From NCBI GenBank assembly GCA_031262635.1, contig JAISHN010000095.1:1-44241 (forward strand): 44,241 nt of DNA. The letters are read 5' to 3'. This document shows positions 17,108 through 25,368 of the stretch, in pieces. The notes beneath the pieces are model-generated. The model was not told where the DNA came from. It was given only the letters and a program-made list of their open reading frames with translations, and did no database searches. Both the position numbers and the translations under genes were made by a program. Each line of letters starts with the position of its first letter. Within the stretch, counting starts at the first letter, position 1. This DNA is from Holosporaceae bacterium (GTDB lineage: Bacteria; Pseudomonadota; Alphaproteobacteria; UBA3830).

Positions 17108-17198
17108 TACACCCCTTTCTATATCATATTGATTCGGCGGCAGCGTTACTTATTGCTATTTCAGCGGTTTTTGAGTATCTTTCCTTCGGACAAAGACA

Positions 17199-18095
17199 AT
17201 GGGATTTTTAGATAAAATAAAAACCGCTTTTCAGAAGACCTCCGAAAAGCTAACCGTTTCTATAACCGGAAAGAAAATCGACGAAAACTTCGCGCGGGAG
17301 CTTGAAGACGCGCTTATTATGGCGGACATTGGGGTCGAGACTGCGACGGAGCTGGCGAAAAAAGTCGCCGATCGGAAGTTTTCAAAAGAAACGACGGATC
17401 TAGAGGTAAAACAATTCCTAGCGGACGAGATTTACGCGGCGTTAAGGCCTTATGAAAGCGATTTTTTCAATCGCGACTTTTCTCACAGGCCGGAGATTAT
17501 TTTAGTAATCGGAGTAAACGGAAACGGCAAAACGACTACCGTCGCGAAGCTCGCGAATATTTTTAAAACCGCGGGACATAGGCCGCTGCTTGTCGCCGCA
17601 GACACATTCCGAGCGGCCGCCGTAGAACAGCTAAAATATTGGGCGGAAAAAATCCAGGTCGACATACGCGCTGGGAAAGAAAAAGCCGACGCTGCGGGAC
17701 TCGTTTACGACGCGATATCGTCCGCCGCCGACAACGACGTTATATTAATAGACACCGCCGGCCGGATGCAGAATCGCTCGGATCTGCTGGACGAGCTGGC
17801 CAAAATAAAACGCGTGATAAAAAAACTCGACGAATCCGCGCCGCATAAAACAATTCTCGTTCTCGACGGTCTAACCGGACAAGCCGCCCACAACCAAGTC
17901 GACGTATTTCTGAACAAAATCGGAATTGACGGGATTATTGTTACGAAACTCGACGGAACGGCTAAAGGAGGAGCTATTATGCCTCTAACGAGGAAATATA
18001 AAGTCCCAATTATGGCGATTGGGCTTGGCGAAGGGCTCGACGATTTGAAACCGTTTAACGCGCGAGCATATTCTCAAGCGATTTTTGGAATCTGA
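17199..18095 (+). CDS. ftsY: signal recognition particle receptor FtsY (short form, NG domain only)
   Basis: GVNGNGKTTTVAKLA, DTAGR and TKLDG GTPase motifs, 298 aa. Confidence 0.95.
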   Translation: MGFLDKIKTAFQKTSEKLTVSITGKKIDENFARELEDALIMADIGVETATELAKKVADRKFSKETTDLEVKQFLADEIYAALRPYESDFFNRDFSHRPEIILVIGVNGNGKTTTVAKLANIFKTAGHRPLLVAADTFRAAAVEQLKYWAEKIQVDIRAGKEKADAAGLVYDAISSAADNDVILIDTAGRMQNRSDLLDELAKIKRVIKKLDESAPHKTILVLDGLTGQAAHNQVDVFLNKIGIDGIIVTKLDGTAKGGAIMPLTRKYKVPIMAIGLGEGLDDLKPFNARAYSQAIFGI

Positions 18096-18364
18096 TTGTC
18101 GCGTTCCGCCGTGCGGCGACTTGTTTAGACTGAAAAAACTTGGCTCGAAAAATATATTAAATTCTATCGAAAAGCGGCGGATCAGGGCGTTTTTCATTAT
18201 ACAATTATTATACAATTAATAGGTTGGCGCCTGACGCGAGGAGTGTTAGGCGGCAGGCCCAAAAGAAATGACTATGTCTTATCTCCGTTTTCGACGATAA
18301 TAGGCTTGTAACTCAGAGTTTTCTTCGACCGTAATGCGGTCTTTAATCCAGTAGTCGCGTTAGT

Positions 18365-18393
18365 AAAAAAAACGCCCCGAACTAATCGGAGCG
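18365..18393 (-). terminator. Rho-independent terminator downstream of the phasin-like gene
   Basis: The minus strand reads cgctccga-ttagt-tcggggcg followed by eight T, 21 nt after the stop at 18414. Confidence 0.65.
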
Positions 18394-18413
18394 TTTCTTT
18401 GGAGGAAGAAAAA

Positions 18414-18812
18414 CTATTTCTTGTCCGCGGCAGGTTTGGATCCCGCGACGGTTTCTTTGAATCTTTTCGACAGAGTCGCGTTAAGCTCGTTGGCGTTTTC
18501 CGTGATCATATTCGCGATCTGCTGGCTGTTTCCAACGGCTTTTACGATATTGTCCCGAACGACTTCGTTAAATCTTGCGGCCGCTTCGGAAGGCTTCGCC
18601 GCTTTTTCCGCGACGCTTCCAAGATCGCTCATAAACTGCTTAAAGAACGCGCTTTGCAGCTTTACGATCCCGTTGCAAACTTCGATGGACATTTTGTTGA
18701 TAAGTCCCAAAATTTCTAAATTCTTTTTGTACGAATCCAAAAATGCGCTCGGATCGATTTTTGGCATTTTACAACCGGCGAAGGTCTCGCCTTTAGCGTC
18801 TGTAGTCGTCAT
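18414..18812 (-). CDS. phasin-family (PHA granule-associated) protein-like
   Basis: 132 aa, helical. The segment FLDSYKKNLEILGLINKMSIEVCNGIVKLQSAFFKQFMSDL resembles the phasin_2 layout of alphaproteobacteria. Assignment is by resemblance only. Confidence 0.45.
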   Translation of the reverse strand: MTTTDAKGETFAGCKMPKIDPSAFLDSYKKNLEILGLINKMSIEVCNGIVKLQSAFFKQFMSDLGSVAEKAAKPSEAAARFNEVVRDNIVKAVGNSQQIANMITENANELNATLSKRFKETVAGSKPAADKK

Positions 18813-18938
18813 TATAACTTACTCCCTAAAACTTGAACTAATTTTGAACATATATTACAAACTAAAAATATTCAATATTTATTTTAAATAAAAGAAATAA
18901 TTTTATTATATGCTCGACTTTCGCTCGTCGCGATTCGC

Positions 18939-18967
18939 TGGACATGTCCGAGGGCTGTCTGTATAAT
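18939..18967 (+). promoter_or_regulatory. sigma70-like promoter candidate for purA
   Basis: TGGACA (18939-18944), 17 nt spacer, TATAAT (18962-18967). Lies about 34 nt upstream of the purA ATG, with AGGAG at 18991. Confidence 0.5.
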
Positions 18968-19000
18968 TTGCTCCTCCAACGGACTCTAGAAGGAGCTTTT

Positions 19001-20296
19001 ATGTCAAATAATATAACGATCGTTGGCTTGCAATGGGGCGACGAGGGCAAGGGAAAATTAACGGATTTTTATAGCGAAAACGCCGCCGCGATCGTTCGTT
19101 TTCAGGGTGGAAACAATGCGGGACATACGGTTATTGTCAACGATAAAACCTATAAATTCAACATAATGCCGTCCGGCGTTCTTCATGGAAAACTCGCGGT
19201 TATCGGCAACGGCGTAGTTTTAAACATGTCTCGTTTGATTGAAGAAATAACCGCGTTGCGGGCTGATTTTGAGATTACTCCAAAGAATCTTTTAGTTTCC
19301 GAAAACGCCGCTCTTATTATTCCTGGCCTGCATCCTGAAATGGACGCTATTTTCGAAGGAGCAAGCGGAAAAGCCGCCGTCGGCACGACTAAACGCGGAA
19401 TCGGTCCCGCTTACATGGACAAGATAGGCCGTTTCGCGATCAAAGCCGGAGATTTGCTATTTCCAGATTCGTTGCCGGAGAAAGTCGACAGGCTCTTATT
19501 CCTACACAACGCGATCAGACGCGGTTGCGGCGAAAAAGAAGCGTCCGCATCGCATATCTTAGATTATCTGAACGAATGCGGCGAAGCTTTATCGCCGTTC
19601 ATTGGAAACGTCGGCCAACGGCTTTACGAAATCAAAAAATCCGGCGGGCGGATTATTTTTGAAGGCGCGCAGGGAAGCATGCTTGATATCGATCACGGTT
19701 CTTTCCCGATGGTCACGTCGTCCAACACGATAGCCGCGCAAGCTTCGATTGGAACCGGAGTTCCGCCAAGCGAGATTGGGTTCGTTCTTGGAATCGTTAA
19801 GGCTTATACGACAAGAGTCGGCAACGGCTTCTTCCCAACGGAATTGAACGACGAAGTCGGCGAATATTTGGGAAAAGCAGGCTCGGAAATCGGCGTTACG
19901 ACCGGCAGATCAAGACGCTGCGGATGGTTTGACGCTCCGCTGGCCGCTCGCTCGGCGTATCTTTCGGGAGTTAACGGAGCGGTAATCACGAAACTGGACG
20001 TTTTGGACGAACTATCGGAGATTAAAGTCTGCGTCGGATATGAAATCGACGGCGAGAAAGTTCCATTTTTGTTTAACGCAAAGGACGAAGCGATGAGTAA
20101 AGTCGTTCCGATTTACGAAACGCTTCCAGGTTGGAAAACGTCGATAAAAGGGATGAAAAATCTCGCCGACCTTCCGACAAACGCCCGCCGTTATTTGGAT
20201 TTTATAGAAAAACATATCGGCGTTCGAATTATCGCAGTATCGACGGGACCTGAACGCTCGGAAACGATCGAGATTTCTAAACCGGTTTTGAGGTAA
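19001..20296 (+). CDS. purA: adenylosuccinate synthase
   Basis: MSNNITIVGLQWGDEGKGK P-loop start after AGGAG. The track ORF begins 19 codons earlier with no support. GNNAGHT and TTGRSRRCGW motifs present. Confidence 0.95.
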   Translation: MSNNITIVGLQWGDEGKGKLTDFYSENAAAIVRFQGGNNAGHTVIVNDKTYKFNIMPSGVLHGKLAVIGNGVVLNMSRLIEEITALRADFEITPKNLLVSENAALIIPGLHPEMDAIFEGASGKAAVGTTKRGIGPAYMDKIGRFAIKAGDLLFPDSLPEKVDRLLFLHNAIRRGCGEKEASASHILDYLNECGEALSPFIGNVGQRLYEIKKSGGRIIFEGAQGSMLDIDHGSFPMVTSSNTIAAQASIGTGVPPSEIGFVLGIVKAYTTRVGNGFFPTELNDEVGEYLGKAGSEIGVTTGRSRRCGWFDAPLAARSAYLSGVNGAVITKLDVLDELSEIKVCVGYEIDGEKVPFLFNAKDEAMSKVVPIYETLPGWKTSIKGMKNLADLPTNARRYLDFIEKHIGVRIIAVSTGPERSETIEISKPVLR

Positions 20297-20343
20297 GGTT
20301 TTGACGCGAATAAGGACGGCGAGAAGGGGAAAATACCTGCATA

Positions 20344-20421
20344 CGTCATTGCAAGAAGCGAAGCGAGGATCCAGAAAACGTTGATGTTTCGCTAGATCCT
20401 CGGCCTGCGGCCAAGAATGAC
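20344..20421. repeat. REP-A-related palindromic element (variant copy)
   Basis: cgtcattgcaagaagcgaagcgaggatcc...gctagatcctcggcctgcggccaagaatgac. The arms are imperfectly complementary. Intergenic between purA and rdgB. Confidence 0.6.
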
Positions 20422-20444
20422 AAGCTGGGATTTTTGATTTTTCT

Positions 20445-21062
20445 TCACAAAGCTTTTTTCGACGATAGATACGACGTTTCCCGCAGTCTATCCATAAGTT
20501 TCCTTGCGGCTATTAGCCTATGATGCGGAAAGCTTTCGCCGGCAAAGCCCGTTTGAGCGTAAGTAAGCTTAGATCCTTCCGGAATGAAATACGGGTTATA
20601 TCCGTTGTTCGTCCCGCAGTTTCCAAATATTCCAGGATATACGAACGTTCCAGGCATTTCTCCGCGAACTACGATTTCCAGGCCGTCGTCGACAAACGCT
20701 ATCGCGCATGCGAAGACGCAGCCTCTGTCCGGCGAGTCTCCGAGTTTTTCGTTAAACGCTCGAGAAGCTTCTTCGTATCCGCCGTAAGATTTTGCGATTC
20801 TCCCGCAACGCGTTCCAGGATAGCCGTCAAGCGAGTTTATGAATAAACCGGTGTCGTCGCTTAGCGACGGTAATTTTGTATGCTCATGATAAGTTTTAGC
20901 TTTTATAAGAGCGTTTCCTTCAAGCGTGTTCTCGTTTTCCTCCACTTCTCCCAAAGCAAAGTCTTTGCCGCTTAGAAGTTCAAAAACTTTAAGAAATTCA
21001 AAGCTCTTTAACTGAGCTACTTTCGCTTCGTTTGAACTGGCGATAACTACTTTTTTAGGCAT
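20445..21062 (-). CDS. rdgB: non-canonical purine NTP pyrophosphatase (RdgB/HAM1 family)
   Basis: VVIASSNEAKVAQL, ENTLEGNALIKAK, SDDTGLFINSLDGYPG and GYNPYFIP follow the RdgB/ITPase motifs. Confidence 0.85.
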   Translation of the reverse strand: MPKKVVIASSNEAKVAQLKSFEFLKVFELLSGKDFALGEVEENENTLEGNALIKAKTYHEHTKLPSLSDDTGLFINSLDGYPGTRCGRIAKSYGGYEEASRAFNEKLGDSPDRGCVFACAIAFVDDGLEIVVRGEMPGTFVYPGIFGNCGTNNGYNPYFIPEGSKLTYAQTGFAGESFPHHRLIAARKLMDRLRETSYLSSKKAL

Positions 21063-21136
21063 AATTTATCTCCTCGCGTATAGCGAAAAATATAACTGTC
21101 GCGTCTTTAAAGCAATTGATTTTAACAAAGAAAACA

Positions 21137-21211
21137 TGGAGCGGGCGAAGGGACTCGAACCCTCGACTTCAACCTTGGCAAGGTTGCGCTCTACCACTGA
21201 GCTACGCCCGC
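21137..21211 (-). tRNA. tRNA-Gly (anticodon GCC), CCA encoded
   Basis: The minus strand reads GCGGGCG-TA-GCTCAGTGGTAGAGC-G-CAACC-TTGCCAA-GGTTG-AAGTC-GAGGG-TTCGAGT-CCCTT-CGCCCGC-TCCA. This gives a perfect 7 bp acceptor stem and a canonical D loop and T loop. Confidence 0.93.
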
Positions 21212-21298
21212 TTAACGGCGATCATCATATCAATTTTTAACCAAAAAACAACTATAGTTTTTTTAAGGAATTGCTTAACAAAAAACAGGAGTTTGCGT

Positions 21299-22090
21299 TC
21301 AGTTTACAATTCCAACTCCGCGTCCCCAGAGGACGTAGGCTTCTCCTCGTTGTTGAGTCCTACCTCTTATAGTATTGCTTCCTCCAGCGAACAGCATTTT
21401 TATAAACGAACTAGAAAAAACGTAGTTGCAGACAACAGTTAAGACAAATGTGACTCCAGAGGGAACTTTTTCATTGTTCCTAATCTTACCTTTATGAATA
21501 GCGCGGGTGCCTTCGCTCTTAAAGGTCTTGCTTCCATCTGAATCTATAAAATCAAAGGTATCAACAGGATCTACGATTCCAGTATGGTCGGCTAAGTACG
21601 CATATGTTTCAGCGTTTTCATGATATCCAATACTTTCTCCGCCGAATGGAGATTTGGAACACATGTTCTCTAGGCTACTATATACTCTAAGCCAATATCC
21701 AAGGTTTTGTTTTTGTATAAATGAAGGTATGTGTTTCTTGACTATTTTATCAATACTCGTATCTCCGTCCGCAATTCTTCCTTTTGCGATGAAATAAAAC
21801 GTAGCTTCTGCGGCAATAGTGTCGATTGCGGTTTGCGTTATATGGATTTTCATCAATTCGAACGTGAAAAATATTAAGTAACTGATTATCGGCAGAGTAA
21901 GAGCGGTTTCGATCAAAATTACGCCGCGTATGCGGGCGTCGCTTCCGCCGTTTATATTTTTCGTCTTCCTTGATCGCTCCTTTTCGTTATCCTTCGAGAG
22001 CAAGCGCGCTTGGCGATGACAAACAAGCCTAATCCAGTCAAAAATTAAAAGAAAACTCTTTGATTTACAATGAGATTCCCCCCCCCACAT
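21299..22090 (-). CDS. TadE-like pseudopilin/pilus-assembly domain protein, paralogue 1 (start uncertain, poly-G at the 5' end)
   Basis: RIRG|VILIETALTLPIISYLIFFTFELMKI resembles the TadE N-terminal domain with a G/xxxxE prepilin-peptidase-like site. The only in-frame ATG (22090) sits directly on the G9 tract and has no SD. Confidence 0.6.
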   Translation of the reverse strand: MWGGESHCKSKSFLLIFDWIRLVCHRQARLLSKDNEKERSRKTKNINGGSDARIRGVILIETALTLPIISYLIFFTFELMKIHITQTAIDTIAAEATFYFIAKGRIADGDTSIDKIVKKHIPSFIQKQNLGYWLRVYSSLENMCSKSPFGGESIGYHENAETYAYLADHTGIVDPVDTFDFIDSDGSKTFKSEGTRAIHKGKIRNNEKVPSGVTFVLTVVCNYVFSSSFIKMLFAGGSNTIRGRTQQRGEAYVLWGRGVGIVN

Positions 22091-22248
22091 TTGTCTTGCA
22101 GGCGCTAACGGACGACAATCTAACGACGGCGGTTTTGATCAATTTATAATAACGAAACATAACTGCCCTCGCGATAAACCTATCGGCATCGTTAAATAAA
22201 AACGGTTAAAAAAGAGTTAAAAAAACGCATATCGTAACTTAGGGGCGA
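22063..22248. repeat. Duplicated 5' module of the TadE-like genes, copy 1 (SD + ATG at 22160 + 24 codons + G9)
   Basis: Aligns along its full length with 29268-29455. By my alignment there are about five substitutions plus the tract difference (C9+AC versus C13 on the plus strand). Confidence 0.85.
22078..22086 (-). repeat. Homopolymeric tract G9 (C9 on the plus strand)
   Basis: Counted directly: ...gagattCCCCCCCCCacatttg... Confidence 0.9.
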
Positions 22249-22355
22249 TATTCGCATTTACAGACTTGGACGGGCTAACCTCGCTCGCTACAAAAAAACG
22301 AGCGCTACGCATAATGCAAAAGGAACAGGGTCTGCCTGCCCTTACGCCACTTTTT

Positions 22356-22452
22356 CGTCATCCTAGAGCGAAGCGAAGGATCCAAGCGGCGAAGACGCGG
22401 GAGAATCGTATGGATCCTTCGTCGGACTGCGTCCTCCTCAAGGGTGACGGAG
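22356..22452. repeat. REP-A palindromic element, full copy
   Basis: cgtcatcctagagcgaagcgaaggatcc-(loop)-atggatccttcgtcggactgcgtcctcctcaagggtgacggag. Long imperfect hairpin. Generates the spurious ORF 22266..22481. Confidence 0.8.
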
Positions 22453-22581
22453 AAGGAAGCTTCGCGGCTTCGCGCTTCTAGCAACGACTTATTGCGGAGT
22501 ATAAACCTCTTGTTTCAACAAAAATAGCCTCATACTGCTCATCGCATTTTTCTAACACAGCCTAATATCTTCAAATTTGTT

Positions 22582-23508
22582 TTAACCGGCGATTTTGCCG
22601 ACCAAATCTTTTCGGCCTCTGATGAAATCTTCGCCGGACATTTTGTTTTTTCCCGACGGCTGTACGAGAGTTAGTCTCAGCGATCCGACGCCGCAGGCGA
22701 CCGTCATTTTTTCGCCGATGAAGCCCGAACGTTCGCGCGAGTCTTCGTCGGCTATTTTAGCGTCGATGATTTTTACTCGCAGCCCGTTGATTTCCGTCCA
22801 AGCCGCCGGAGCGGGAGAAAACGCTTTAATCTGTCTTAGAACGTCTTGAGCGGAATTGTTCCAGTTTATTTTATACGACTCTTTTGAAATTTTTGTAACG
22901 TAAACGGCGCCTTCCTCCGGCTGCTTGCGGGCGTTGGACAGAGCGTCGTCAAGATTGTTCAGAGTCTCGACGATCATTGTCGCTCCTAAATCGCCGAGTC
23001 GCTCCGAAAGCTCGCCATATGTCGTTTCAGGGCAAATATCGACTAGTTTCATAGAAATAATATCGCCCGTGTCGATTCCTTCGTCCATTTTCATAATGGT
23101 AATTCCGGTTTTTTTATCTCCGGCTAAAATAGCCGCCTGAATTGGAGCCGCTCCACGCCATCTCGGCAACGCCGAAGCGTGAACGTTTATAAAACCGCGC
23201 GACGGAATGTCGAGCATAATACGCCGGATTATCAATCCGTAAGAAACTACGACGACTACGTCTGGTTTCAGCGAGCGAAACTCTTCTATGTTTTTCGCCA
23301 ATTTAAAAGTATTAGGACAATAAACCGGAAGGCCTTTGTCTTCCGCGAACTTATGAACGACCGATTTTTGGATTTTATACTTTCGTCCCGACCGTTTTGG
23401 CGGCTTAGTATAAACTCCGACGATATTGAACCCCGCTTCGTATAAAGCGACTAAGGATTTCAGCGAAAAATCTGAATTCCCCATGAATACGACGGAATTA
23501 TCCTTCAT
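22582..23508 (-). CDS. fmt: methionyl-tRNA formyltransferase
   Basis: VVFMGNSDFS, NVHASALPRWRGAAPIQ (SLLP-type motif), C-terminal OB-like domain, 308 aa. Confidence 0.93.
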   Translation of the reverse strand: MKDNSVVFMGNSDFSLKSLVALYEAGFNIVGVYTKPPKRSGRKYKIQKSVVHKFAEDKGLPVYCPNTFKLAKNIEEFRSLKPDVVVVVSYGLIIRRIMLDIPSRGFINVHASALPRWRGAAPIQAAILAGDKKTGITIMKMDEGIDTGDIISMKLVDICPETTYGELSERLGDLGATMIVETLNNLDDALSNARKQPEEGAVYVTKISKESYKINWNNSAQDVLRQIKAFSPAPAAWTEINGLRVKIIDAKIADEDSRERSGFIGEKMTVACGVGSLRLTLVQPSGKNKMSGEDFIRGRKDLVGKIAG

Positions 23509-24409
23509 TTATATGCCTAGCCAAAAGAATGCGGAAAATTTTGCGCAAATTCTCTTTCGAGAAACGTCCTATCGCTCGCAAAATCGCCTCTCGCTCGTCT
23601 TTCGTCAATCGTTTGCCAAGACTCCGCGATAGTCGAACGTCTTCTTTCCCCAATTCCAGAATTTTATTAAGAATAACGACTCCTCCGGCGACGAAAATAA
23701 AGTCCGCGTTCTCTTTAAGATAACGTTTGCCCAAATCTTCTTTCAGATTATTGAGGAAACATTCGAAGAGCTTTATTTTTTTCTCTTTTTTACCAAGAGC
23801 CTTATCGAAATATATCGCTAAGATTTCTTTGCGTTGAGATTCGCCTACATTTTGATGATCTATAAAGTTTTTTCCGTTCAGATGACAAATTTCATGCTGC
23901 GCGGCGAAAGCGTCGAAACCTGTTAGCCTAACCGTTTTGATTTTGAAATCGAGATCGCGATATTTTACGATGATTTCCAAACTTCTCGATGTTAGCGCCA
24001 ATACGTCCGGCAGCGACGCGCAAGCGTCTATCTCCGTAGAAAGCGCGTCTGATTTTTCCACAATCTCAGGATTTATCATGGCTAGCGTGGAAACTTTTCC
24101 GCCTTTAAGTCCGAATTGTACGACGATTATTCGTTTTAACTTTCCAATCTGCGGAGCGGCTAGAGCCGCTAAATGAGCGCTCGGATCTTTTACCCAAGCT
24201 TCAAGAACAGCCGCGATTTCTCGCGCTTCCGGCAGTTCGCTTTCCAATACGTCGGAGCATTCTTTGGACAGTATTGGATCGGGATCGGAAACCATCTCGA
24301 CTATCGGCGTTCTCGCCTCTTCCTTTTTAGACTCGCATTTAGCGGCGAAACATCCGATCGTTAGGAGCAAAACGCAAATTTTTTTAATTAAACCCGCTCT
24401 TTTTTTCAT
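23498..24409 (-). CDS. divergent peptide deformylase paralogue with a signal/lipoprotein-like N-terminus and a C-terminal extension of about 110 aa
   Basis: ALAAPQIG (motif 1), IDACASLP (motif 2, Cys kept) and QHEICHLNG (HExxH kept). N-terminus MKKRAGLIKKICVLLLTIGC. Sits between def and fmt with overlaps at both ends. Confidence 0.65.
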   Translation of the reverse strand: MKKRAGLIKKICVLLLTIGCFAAKCESKKEEARTPIVEMVSDPDPILSKECSDVLESELPEAREIAAVLEAWVKDPSAHLAALAAPQIGKLKRIIVVQFGLKGGKVSTLAMINPEIVEKSDALSTEIDACASLPDVLALTSRSLEIIVKYRDLDFKIKTVRLTGFDAFAAQHEICHLNGKNFIDHQNVGESQRKEILAIYFDKALGKKEKKIKLFECFLNNLKEDLGKRYLKENADFIFVAGGVVILNKILELGKEDVRLSRSLGKRLTKDEREAILRAIGRFSKENLRKIFRILLARHINEG

Positions 24410-24896
24410 TTTCTTGCGCCTTCAAAAATTTTTTCATAAATCGCGATTTTTTTAGTTTACTCAAATGATCGATATACAAAATCCCGTCAAGATGGTCGAT
24501 CTCATGTTGCAAACAAAACGATAAATACCCCTCCGCGCGTATCTCTTGTTCTTTAAAATCTTCGTCCAAATATGTCGCGACGACAGATTCATGACGAGCG
24601 ACAGTTTCTCTTAAAAGAGGAAACGACAAACATCCTTCTTTTGAGTCGACGCATTCTTCAGATCGCCAAATTATCTTTGGATTAATCAATTTATACAGCC
24701 GCGACGGTTCGTCTCGAACATCTATGACCGCGATTCTCTTTGAAACGCCGACCTGAGGCCCCGCCAATCCCGCTCCGTTCCACTCGTATAATTTTTGCGA
24801 CATTTCATCGAGGATCTTTCCGATTTTTGGATCTCCAATTTCAACCTCTTCGCATTTTTTAAATAAAATTGGATCAGGATATCTTATAAGTTCCAT
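24384..24896 (-). CDS. def: peptide deformylase
   Basis: GAGLAGPQVG, EGCLSFP and QHEIDHLDG canonical motifs, 170 aa. Confidence 0.93.
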   Translation of the reverse strand: MELIRYPDPILFKKCEEVEIGDPKIGKILDEMSQKLYEWNGAGLAGPQVGVSKRIAVIDVRDEPSRLYKLINPKIIWRSEECVDSKEGCLSFPLLRETVARHESVVATYLDEDFKEQEIRAEGYLSFCLQHEIDHLDGILYIDHLSKLKKSRFMKKFLKAQENEKKSGFN

Positions 24897-25368
24897 TTCA
24901 ATTGCTTATTCTTAACTACGCGGACACTTTAACGCATTTTGTCTCTTAATTCCATGCGTCGGTTTCGTAGGGCGAATAAATTATTGCTCCTTTTTTAGAT
25001 AGATAGCAGCTATACATTTTGTGGCTATTTATTCTAAATTTTAGCCGCTAACTCCTGTTAATTCAGGCTTTTTAATCCATTATTCGGGTTCCAAAATAAC
25101 TCTCGTCTATCTCTACTCTTCCGAAAAACTTTTCGCTCCTTTCCTTTTGTTTCTTCGCAATTTTCTCTCGCAGCTTGTGAAAATATTTTACGGCGGAGTT
25201 CCTCAGCTCCGCTGATCTTCGATTCAGGTTCCGCAGCAAATATGTTCGCCATTTCTAAATTTTTTTTGTAGAGGACGCTCAAAAATACCAAAGCAACTTT
25301 TCTAATCTTCCTTGAACCGGAAAAGATAATTGGATAAGTTTTCTAATTGCGAGATAAATGGAAAAGAT

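Noticed and set aside
18225-18262. GGTTGGCGCCTGACGCGAGGAGTGTTAGGCGGCAGGCCC, downstream of ftsY, loosely resembles the 3' half of 4.5S/SRP RNA (UGACGCG...GGCAGG.CCC).
   Set aside because: I could not find the conserved 5' half (GGUCAGGUCCGGAAGGAAGCAGCC with the GGAA loop) or a complementary closing helix nearby. The resemblance is probably chance or a terminator-like hairpin. A covariance-model scan (Rfam SRP_bact) would settle it.
22266-22481. 71 aa ORF, together with its look-alike at 29100..29315 (shared peptide RMDPSSD.VLL).
   Set aside because: The similarity arises only because both read through REP-A palindromic elements. They are repeat-derived and not genes.
25058-25291. 77 aa minus-strand ORF divergent from the Fic gene, considered as a possible small antitoxin or regulator.
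   Set aside because: There is no SD before either ATG (25291 or 25252), the sequence is low-complexity and charged, and this Fic carries its own inhibitory motif. It is left unannotated, and only expression data could rescue it.
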